Shown here piece after piece: positions 38,040 through 48,300 of a DNA stretch of 64,000 bases (positions are counted from its first letter, which is position 1; each line of letters opens with the position of its first letter). Position numbers and translations under genes: made by a program. Source of the DNA: Lama guanicoe (lineage: Eukaryota); the NCBI GenBank assembly GCA_013239625.1, contig MU054220.1, positions 2,293,374 to 2,357,373 of the forward strand, in the 5' to 3' direction. Below the pieces are notes generated by a model. That model was not told where the DNA came from, searched no databases, and saw only the letters and a program-made list of their open reading frames with translations.

Positions 38040-38330
38040 ATATATATATTTTTTTAATTGAAGTATAGTTGATTTACAATGTTGTATTCGTTTCTGGTGT
38101 ACAGCATAGTGATTCAGTTATACGTACATATATATTCTTTTTTTATATTCCTTTTCATTACAGGTTAATACAAGCCATTGAAATATAGTTCCCTGTGATA
38201 TACAATAGGACTTTGTTGTTTACTTATTCTGTAATAGTAATTTGTATCTGCCAATCCCAAACTCCCAATTTATCCCACACCCTTCTTTCCCCTCGTAACC
38301 ATAAGTTTGTTTTCCATGTCTGTGGTTTTC
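38040..38330 (-). mobile_element. Lineage-specific L1 3' end
   Basis: ttgaagtatagttgatttacaatgttg...tttctggtgtacagcatagtgattc. Confidence 0.85.
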
Positions 38331-39139
38331 TTTTTACATCTTTACTCTCCAAGTCTCTTCCCTTCTTAGGAGGAGGTAAGGTAGACTATTATTGCTAACA
38401 GTTAATAATCCATATTGTAGTGATCTATGTGATTTATTCAGTTGTACCTGGGGTGAACATATTAATCGATATTTGTGCTGACCATATTAATCTGTCTACT
38501 AAGAGATTTCAGAAAGAGGCTATTGTGATGATAAAAACATCAACACACTTTGTTAGGTTCTGAACCCAAAGAGACTTTTGGTCATTGTGTAAGAAACACA
38601 CTTGTGGTTCTAGGCCTTTGGAATGAAATAAAAGAGAAGAGCAGTCGTATATTACTTTCTCTTCCTGACTTAAGGTCAGACTTCACAACCCTGAGCTTTC
38701 TCAGCTTCTCTTTGCTGTGCTTATGGGAGCTAAATTGGTGCTTCTAATAGAGATTATTCACTTTGTTCCTCAGTCTGGATTATCACGTTCTCTGGATTAT
38801 CATATGCCTCTGCCATATCTCTGTCTGTCTGTCTACCTACCTACCTATCTTTTTTTTTTTTCCTATCTTTCTCTTTTATTCATCTCACTTCCATGAGAAA
38901 ATTAAGGTCAAATTTGCTCAATGGGGATAAATAGTGTTGGAGGTCCAAAACGTAGTTGCTGAACTATATAGTTAGATAACAAGCGTTTTTGTACTGTGAC
39001 TTGACCTTCAACACTCAAGAAATATTCCAGTTCTCCAAACAACTTCAATAGTCGACAACCGACACAGAAAATGGCAGAAGCCCAGCCTACTTTACTCCAA
39101 GGATTATGATCTGGGTTTGTTTATTTCTGCCTTGGACAG

Positions 39140-39790
39140 GAGTCGGACCTTAAGTTGGAGCGAAGCTATTTTTCGGCGCTTGACTGTAGTTCCTTGAACG
39201 ATTGCTTGGGCGCTCCTCCTTTGATGTCTGGGGCGTTCGTGTATTCGGTGATCTTTTGCGCCGTCTTCTTGCTTGATGTCTCCCGAGCGGCGGCGGCGCC
39301 GGGTCGAAGGCTGACTTATCCGCGGGGTCCCGCTCTCAGGCTGCTTTCTCCCGCTGGTTGGTAGAGCGGACCCCTTGCTTCCTTCCTGCTTCTTTTTTTG
39401 GTGTGTGGCTCAGTCCACCCGCTGAGCTGCAAACCGAGCCCCCGCCCGCCTTGCAGGTAGGCCCGGGAGGAGCCTGGGAGGCCCAGCCCGGCATCCTTCC
39501 GCCGCCGGGTTGGGAAGACCTTGGCGCCGGCGGGTGGGCGGGCGGGTCAGCCGCCCAGACACCGCCAGAGGTGGAGCTACCCGGCTGCGTTCGGGGGCGC
39601 GGTCGGAGAGGCGGCGGGGAAGTAAGGGAGAAGCCGGAAGGAGGGAGGGATGCTTGGGCTGTCCAGTGTGGTTCGGTAGGGAGAGGGTGTTGGGTCTGGG
39701 GCGGGTGTCGGCACCCTCAGTGTGTGGGGAAAATCGCTTTCCAGGAACGGCTTGAGCTTTGCGCGCTTTGACCCTCCTCCCTTCCTCCTC
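39140..39790 (+). promoter_or_regulatory. AMBRA1: CpG island promoter, assigned to AMBRA1
   Basis: CpG-rich island 7 kb downstream of HARBI1; G-rich plus strand after a donor; gene identity rests on conserved ATG13-HARBI1-AMBRA1 order, not on coding sequence. Confidence 0.75.
39190..39456 (+). other. AMBRA1: Probable AMBRA1 non-coding exon 1 (5' end uncertain)
   Basis: Donor CAG|GTAGGC at 39456/39457 followed by intronic GGG runs; long repeat-rich intron follows. Confidence 0.6.
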
Positions 39791-42700
39791 CCTACCCCTC
39801 AAAGGCTCCAGGTGTCCTGACTCAACTGCACTGGGGACTCCCTCTGAGTTCGGCCTTTGAAGGGGCCCTTGAATAGGTCGGGGCAGGTGGAACAGGACCC
39901 TCTGGCTCCTCTGAGCGAAGTGTCATGTTCTCACCTTTTTTGGTTGGGGAAACTGAGGCTGATCTGGGACTTGACTTTTTCCCATATTCCAGACAGATCT
40001 TTAAATGCACCGTAAGTCATTTTTTGTCGTTTACCAGTTCACTTTTTTTCATTTTACCATATTATGCACATAGTGATTTGTCGTTTGATTGTCTGTGTTC
40101 CCTTCTTCCTGGGAATATAGATTTTGTCACTAGAGACTTAATAATAAGTAAAGGGAACCGCGCGATCTTTTGGCTGTTTCGCTTTTCAAAGTCCGTATCA
40201 TTTTAGCTAGAGTAACAATGACAGTTTCTTTCTGTTTCTTGATAGAAAATTTTGTTTGCTGTCTGATTTGCTTTTTGTTTGACACTTATTTCTCCTCCTT
40301 CTCCTCAGCCTGTTTCTCAGTGGAAATCTTTCAACTGCAGTGTTAAATGGTTAATGTTGTACAGAGGATGGTCAAGATTTTGAAGTCAGATATTTGTCCT
40401 GAGAGAGTGCTTTCTAGGAAGAACCCAGATGAAACCCAAGGGCCAGTTTTGTTGTATTTGATTAGTGGCTTAGTTACTGCATATTACTAGAGTTAAAAAG
40501 GCTGTATGTACAAATTATTCAAATATTGAGCTATTTAAGTTGATAGCATTCTAGGAACTCTTATGTTTTCCTTTTCTCTCCCAGCTTGGAAACTTTGGGG
40601 ACTAAATGTTCTTACTCATTTTATTTTTATTGGATTCAGTGTCATGATTCTAATTTGTGTAATTTTTTGTTGAAAAAAATAATCAACCTGCAGGTCATTG
40701 TAAGTTGAATAAGTATTTCCATAGTATATATGTAGAATCAGTAATAGGAAATGGATTTTCTTAAGGGAGAAGAGACCAAATTCATAGTCCTTCAATGGAA
40801 ACTCTACAAGTCTACGTTCTTTAACAAATTCAGAATTCCCATGTGAGTTTTGGAAAGATTATTGTTTTGTTGTTGTTGTTGTTACTAGTATTATTAGGTC
40901 AGCAAGGTTTAAATGAAATGATTATGATTGATTTCCTAGTTACTGGGACCTCCGTGCTCCCAGAAAGGGATTAATGAAGAGCCACCAGACTATCTTTATG
41001 GAGAATCTAGATTGGGAAGTTAGGCTAAGAATGTGTGTTCTCTGAAAACATTTTTATGGTGGAAGAGAATTTATGTCAGAGGAAAGAATTTAGAAAGGGA
41101 AGGGACATGACCTCCTGGGGATTGGTAGGTTCTGCATAGAATTTAAAATTAGTGTAGTATCTCAGTGGCTTCTAATGAATGCTGAATAATACATGGAGTT
41201 TGCTGTGAGTGTCAGCAAGAAATGTTAGGGACATTTTGTCACATTTCCCTAGGAAGTAATTAGCAGAGGTTAAGCTGAATTGAGGAGGAGAAGAAATTTG
41301 GTTGTGGTGAGGAGGGTTAGAGCTTCTTATCAGATTCTTCCCTGCTTTGTGATAGAAATTCACCCGACTTTTACCTTTCTTGGTTAAATCTTGTGTTCTG
41401 TCAGTGTCAGATCAAGCTCTATTCTGGCATTTTGTTTCAGAATTTACAAATTCAGAATGTGACTGAATTATTCTGTCTTCTCTTTTAGTAAGAAAGTTCT
41501 TGACGATTATTGAAGATGTTAACTTCTTTGTTTTCTTGAACTTGTCCTGGAAGTTATGTATATCACTTGAAAAAGATTAATTATGTATATAACTTGAAAA
41601 CAGTTGGTAATTTTTATTAACAGTAATAACCTAGTTTTATACTGTATAATTTTTGAACATATTTTCAACTTGTGTTAGGATACTTATTAAACTTTCATTC
41701 TTTTGATCGTGCTCCTTTATGCTGCTTACTAATAGTGAATCCAAAACAAACATTTTTGGTCTTCAAAGATCTTCAAGAACATTGGCAGTTGATGTTGACA
41801 ATTTATCTCACTCTTCCCATTTATCACACTCTTAAAGGAATTGGAGAAAAAGTTTTGTTCTTAACACACTGAGGTCTCTTTTTTAAGAGATGTCTCAGTC
41901 TTGGCTAGAGTTATTTTGGAATGGGATGCAAATCTTTTTGCCCAGTGGTTTGGTTTACCAAGGGAAAAAAAACCCCTTAAGTTCCTTTAATCATAGTCAT
42001 TCTCGTTTCTTTCTCCAATTGTTCATTATAAACTCAGAACTTGCTGTTTCTTCTCATAATTTTGTTTGTACAGAAGTGCTGTGGTACAGCCTGTCCTACT
42101 GTTTGGGGGTAGTTTATATTTTATATTTTCCAACTCTTTCTCCCCCCTTAGTTAATTAGATCTCTTTTTTCCCCTTTTCTCAAAGCTAAAATTTGTTACT
42201 GATAGATTAAAATTTTGTGATCGGTTGTTGTCAGAAAATATTTGTGTGCTCAGTAGTATGTGGCAGTCTGCCAAAGTGATGTGGTGAGAAGAAAACAGAT
42301 TAAGGAATCAGGAAACCTGGGTTTAAGTTCTAGGTTTACCAGCTTACTAGCTAAGAAATCTTGTACAAACTGTTTAAGGAGGCCATAGCGAAGATTACTG
42401 ACCTTTATTGAGCATTTACTGTGTCATGTTCCTTGCAGGTATAATCTCCCTTAATACTTGTAACAGTCCTTTAAGGTAGGTATTAATTCCCTCATGGATA
42501 CTGAACTCAAAGAGTAAATAATTTGACCAAGATAACACAGCAAGTATGTAGCAGAGCTGGGATACAAATCCAAGGCTTTGCTTTTATGTGTCTGTATTTA
42601 AAGAATGGGAAAGATAATACTTTCATTGAGAAAAACAATATGAAGCTGCTTTGAAAAGATGAAGTGCTCTTCAAATGTGAACTTCTATGCAACCTTATAG

Positions 42701-43494
42701 CAGCAGTGAACACATGTCATCTGAGTTCTTGGACAGCTTGCTTCTTTGAAGGCAGCATTGTACCTGATAGTCATGGACGGTAGAGGTGACAAACATTAAA
42801 CCAGCGTTGGAGAAGCTTCATAACAGTTTGTGGAAAGGAGTATGTCCTTAGAAGTGCTAGAGAAAGAAGTTTTAGATGCTGCAAGTTTAGGTAGGGGAAA
42901 TCAAAGGATATTTACTCCCTGTCTTCCAAAGTTTGAAGTTTAGGCTGTGCTATTAAAGAAACAAACAAGGACTGAGAGAGAGAGATGGAGTGAGGAAGGC
43001 ACTGGGCGTTCACGGGCATTGGGGTTTTCAGTCTTGGCATCCTTAACCCCCATAAAAAGTTGCAGTCGCAACATACCATGATTCAGTAAATGAAAATTCC
43101 CCTGTTGCCATCACAGTGGAAGTCTTCATTTAAGATTGCTACATGTAATATTTGTCTGTAACTTAATATATGATGACACTGGATTTGGCATAGTAAAGGA
43201 TAACTGTGACTTAATAAGTATCCAGCATGCCTGACTAACAAGTTTAATTTTTTACTTCTAATGTGTTCCTTACTTTTCATTTATTAATTTTTTCCAAAAT
43301 AACTGTTTCTTGGAAGTTGAGTTCAGTAAATTTGAATACTAGATACATGCCTTCAGGTGTTGGTAGCAGGGAATAAGCTGAAGTATTTCGCTTTATATAA
43401 AGGGAGAGACTTAGGAACATTGTCGTGAAATTGAGAGAAGGAAGATGTAGGCTGCTGCTGAGTGCGTATATGATAATACCTACAACTACAATCT

Positions 43495-43628
43495 TTTTTT
43501 TTTTTTAAGGGGTAGGGCGGTAATTAGGTTTACTTATTTATTTATTCATTAATGGAGGTACTGGGGACTGAACCCAGGACCTTGTGCATGGTAAGCATGC
43601 ATTCTACCACTTGAGCTATATGCTTCCC
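43495..43628 (-). mobile_element. Vic-1-type SINE
   Basis: Reverse-complement head and tail with T run. Confidence 0.88.
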
Positions 43629-43979
43629 AGTACCTACAGTTTTGTTTGGTACCTTTCTTGCAAGAAATTAAAAGTATTTTGCAAACATTTCTTTACTGCT
43701 ACTTACTGTCTGTAGAATTAACTGAGGCAAATTTCACATTTCATGATTCCATCATTTGTTTATTTCTGCTTCCCAGGATAGAACATATATTCTTTTTTCC
43801 CCATGAACCAAAATTACTTTGTTTTAGGTATATATGCCTATGATACAATGAAACATCTGAAATTTTGCTGAGTTGGAGAAGATTAATATGCATGTTTGAT
43901 TTGGGGAGAGAATTGGAGTATTTCAGCCTAGCTGACCTGTGCAAACAGGGCAGAAAAATAGTCTTCCAAGCTCTTGAAT

Positions 43980-44190
43980 AATAGCATAGTGGTCCTGACT
44001 CTGGAGTCAGGCAGTCTGGGCCTAAATCAAAGCACCAATACTTACTAGCTCTGCGACTTGGGCAGTTACTTAACGTCTCTGTATCTCTCCTCATCTGTAG
44101 AATATCATATGGTTGTAAGAATCAAATGAGTTAACATATGTAAAGCATTTAGAACAGCACATAGCACTATATATGCTAGCTATTATCATT
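43980..44190 (+). mobile_element. MIR SINE
   Basis: gactctggagtcaggcagtctggg...acttactagctctgcgacttgggcagttactt...ctcatctgta core. Confidence 0.8.
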
Positions 44191-44879
44191 TTTAATATTA
44201 TAACAAGGTGGAGATTATTTGTTCTTCAAAAGGAGAACAAATAATAGTGATGCTTAGATTGAAGTTTAGGGTCTTTTGAGGAAACTTGAATACAAAATGG
44301 GAAGTTAAAGCAACGTATTTGTCCCTCCTTCCCTTTGGTGTCCTTTAAATTAAAGTAAGAGGATGAATCTTTACTGGGAAAGAGAAAACTCTGAAAGCAA
44401 CAATGTCTGAAAGAATTCAGGTATAAGATGGAAAAATTTTGAAGATTTTTTAATATATGTAGCAAAAGTCTAGAGCTATTTTAGGAAGACAAGAACGTTT
44501 CTTTGCAAACAGGTAGAAAATATTAGTATTTCAATTTTACCATCTTTTTGAACTGTGATTCATGCTTGAAGGATTTTGAAGAAAGTGATTAAAGTCGTGG
44601 AAAAGAACGATATTTACGGAAAAGTCAAAGCCACCAAATTACCTTGGGTAAACTTTGGGAAGAGAACATATTTTTTTGCATAGCGGTAAAAACAGCATCC
44701 AGTGGTGTTAGTGTTTTAATATTCTTACCCTTTTATGCCATTATAAATTATGGGTTTCTTCAGTCTTTGCCGTAACTATCTGTTTATGTTTTTATCTCCA
44801 GCTCTTTATGATATTCTTGCTCTGTCATTTAAAAAAAACCTTTTTAATGATTATAGTGGCGTCTGTTTTTCTCAATCTT

Positions 44880-46590
44880 TCATTCAGCAAATGTTTATTG
44901 AATGTCTACCTCTGTGGTAGGTGGTGAGGATACCATAATAAGAACTGATCAGAACCAGTGCTCACTGAAGTGCTTTTGAAGTGCCAGATACTGTACTAAG
45001 TGCTTTGTGTCATTGGTTTTTTTTTTTCATTCTTGTAACAATCTTATCGTGTAGGTACTTTTGTTCTCCCCATTTTATAGATGTGGAAATGGTGGCGCAG
45101 AGAGGTTAAGCAGTTTGCCCAAAGTCATAGAGCTAGTAAGTGGAGAACCAGGATTTGAAGCCCAGCAGCCTGGCTCCCTAGTCCCCTGCTTATTTATTTA
45201 TTTATTTATTTAGGTAGAGGTATTGAGGATTGAACCCAGGACTTCCTGCACGCTAAGCAAGCATGTACTCTACCACTGAGCTATACCCACCCCCATAGTG
45301 TCCTGCTTTTAATCCCTAAATTATACTGATTCTAAACTACTTTAAACAACTCTAAACTACTGCCACTCTAGTAAGACTAGAATGAAAAAAAAATAGATAT
45401 AGTCCATGCCCTTATAGAGATTGTAGTCCAGAGAAGATGGAGGCCGTAAACAAAAAATACAGCAATAAATGTATAATTACAAAGTCCTATGATGGAAAGG
45501 TAAAAAGAGATTATAGTAGTGGGATGTGAATTATATTGGAGCTTTGGAGGAGGTTTCTCTGAATAAGTGATATTTAAGCAGAGACTAGAAGGATGAAAAG
45601 GGAGAAGGTAAGGGAATACTACGTGTGAAAGCCTTGGGGTGGGAAAGGACTTGGCACATTTGAGAAACCAAGAGAAGATTGGTGTGGCTTGAATACAGGG
45701 AGCAGTTGGGGAGGATGGGGAGGGGCATAGGATGAGGATAGAGACTTTGGCAGGACTGTGTCAAGGATTTTGGATTTTTTCCCTAAGTATAATTGGAAGC
45801 CTTTGAAGGTTTTAAGAATGAGTGTTGTGACCTAATATATGATTTTTAAAAATTACCCTGGCTACATTGTGGATATTTTTGGAAACTTGTTGGGGAAGAA
45901 ATTGGAAATTGTGGAAAACTTGGAAAGAGAAGTGGGTGAAGTCTAATAATGTTTTATAGTGGTCCAGGCAGAAGATGATGATGATTCGGATTAGGCTTTA
46001 GGTAGAGGAGATGGAGGGAAGAGGATTCAGTAGATATTTTAAAATTAGGACAGGAAAGACTTAATGATGGATTAAATATATGGGACGAGAGTGGTATCAA
46101 GTATGATTCCCAGATTTCTGGCATGAGCATCTGGATGGATGAAGTTGTGATTTCTGAGTTGGAAACATTGGAAGAGGGTCAATTTTTGACTAGAGTTAGG
46201 GAGTGGAATGAAGGCCTCAATTTTACTCATACTAAGTGTGAGATGTCTCTGAAATAACACAAGTGGAGAGACATCAAGTGAGCAGTCTTTGAGTTAATGA
46301 TGTTGGAAATAAATCTGGATGCCCCTGGCATAAGGGTGATATTTACAGCCAAGGAAAATGGATGAGATTACCCAGAGGAAAATGTATAGACTAGGAATAG
46401 AGGACCAAGCTTCAAGGAATTTGAGAGAAAATCTCAGAAACAGAGAGGAGCATGTTCCAAGAAGACAGTAATCACCTGTATTTTGTTGGACTTTTCTACA
46501 CAAAGGTCATTGGTGAACATAGCAAGAACAGCGTTAGAGGAATGTAGGGCCAGAATCCAGACTGAAGTGGGTTTAAAACTTGGAAAGGGA
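44880..46590 (-). mobile_element. L2 LINE remnant (interrupted by a MIR and a SINE)
   Basis: cattcagcaaatgtttattga end; G-rich L2 phrases (gattcccagatttctggc, ggatgagattaccc, ggtcattggtga). Confidence 0.75.
45190..45294 (-). mobile_element. Vic-1-type SINE (short tail) in a MIR
   Basis: Head with (TTTA)n; imperfect TSD tagtcccctgctt / tagtgtcctgctt. Confidence 0.85.
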
Positions 46591-47284
46591 GGAAATGGAG
46601 ATGATCTGTGTATTCTGATTATTAGCATGTCTGTCTCCCCCTAAGAAGTAAGACTTTAAGAAGTAATATCATAAAGTCCCTGACGATAGCAACAGTATCT
46701 TTTCATTTTGGTGTTCTTGGCTACTTAGCCTTGGTATCTTGCGGGGAGGTGATATTAAAGCAGAAAGAAGTGAGGGAATGAGGATATTTGCAAGATGGTG
46801 AGACAACGGTTCTCATGGTCTTTATATGTGGCCTCTGACTTTAAGGGTTTATGTTTTTTTCAGCTTTGCTATCATTAGCCTTTCTATTTTCACCTACCTA
46901 CCTAATGGGTCTTTTCTATTTTGATATTATTGGCTTTTAAGGTTCATTCCTTACTTTAAAATTTTTCTTACTGCTTTCCTGTGGTCATTGTTGCTGTAGT
47001 TAATTAGCTGATGTGCTTGGCTATTTACTTTATCTCTTTTCATTCACCTATTTATTTGCTCTTATTTCCACATAGGATGCTGTATAATTGTGACTCTAGA
47101 TTTTATTTTGGTTTCTATTTTGTTTCTCATTTACATATTGTTTGCTTAAAGTCTAACTGGCTATATTGAGGTAATATTAAACATTTTGGCTACCATTCTA
47201 TCTAGAATTTTATATGCTGACTTTCCTGGGAAAGGCTAAACATTTTATGATAATTGTCCCCATTAGTTCTCCTACATTCTTTTT

Positions 47285-47870
47285 TTTTATTTTTAAATAA
47301 TTTATTGAGGTAACATTCACATAATACAAAATTAACCATTTTAAAGTGAATGATTTAGTGGCATTTAGTACATTCACAATTTGTGCAGCCACTTCCTCTA
47401 TCTAGTTGCAAAACATTACCGTCACTCCGAAGTAAAACCTTTTCCAGTTGAGCAGTTTCTTTTCATTTCCCCCCTTCCACCAGACCCTGGAAACCAGCAA
47501 TCTGCATTCTGTCTCTATGGATTGATCTATTCTAGATATTTCATATAAATGGAATCATCCAATATGTAACCTTTTGTGTATGTATATACCATAATTTATC
47601 CATTCATTTGAACTGTTTCCACCTTTTGGATATCATGAACAGTGCTGCTGTAAATAGGCATGTGCATGTACTTGTTTTCAGTTGTTTTGGGTATGTACCT
47701 AGAAGTGGAATTGCAGAGCCCTATGGTAATGTAGTTGTTAAGAATCTTTCTAAACCATGGGGATCAAAGCCAACATCAGCAGTTTATATAGTGTGTGATG
47801 TGAGAGCTGTCAACTGGGCTTAGATTGGGATTGAGAATCTCTTTCCTGTATGTTTAACTTTTTGAGGAAT
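47285..47870 (-). mobile_element. L1MB-type 3' end containing a captured segment of about 117 bp
   Basis: attaaccattttaaagtga...tatggtaat [insert] tatgtttaactttttgaggaa. Confidence 0.8.
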
Positions 47871-48094
47871 TGAGTTCTCCTAACATACTGGTTTTGTTAC
47901 TTGTATTGTACTGAAGGGATAATTGAAGTACAGCATCTGCATAGTTTTAACTTCCTATCATCTTCAGAGCAAGTCAGTGATGGAGCTGAGAATTTAAGAC
48001 TCTTAATCATCTTCTTTGTCTTGGTGACCCATTTAAGGCCATGTTGCATTCACAGGAAGCTGTTTGAAATGGGCTTTCTATATTTTATAATCTC

Positions 48095-48300
48095 TTGAAG
48101 GGATATTGTGGAGGTGGTGTTAAACAGATGTTCTCTTTCCATAGTGGACAAGACAAGAAGGAATGTATTTTAATTGCAACAGAAAGTATATAGATTACAG
48201 ATTAGAAAGAACTTCCTGACTACAGGATACTGGAATGTTACTGAGGAAGACTGTGAAATGTCTTTCCTAAAGACTTTACAATTCTCTTTCTGGAATGACT
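48095..48300 (+). mobile_element. L3/CR1 LINE 3' fragment
   Basis: gacaagaaggaatg...gattagaaagaacttcctgac...tactggaatg...ctgtgaaatgtctttcc. Confidence 0.6.

Noticed and set aside
39358..39802. 81-137 aa ORFs in the second CpG island
   Set aside because: Low-complexity Gly/Arg/Pro products spanning a splice donor; typical CpG-island artefacts
41553..41600. Short direct duplications (ttatgtatat.acttgaaaa twice; also tctggattatca twice at about 38774-38802)
   Set aside because: Two-copy slippage duplications common in introns; no array or spacer structure
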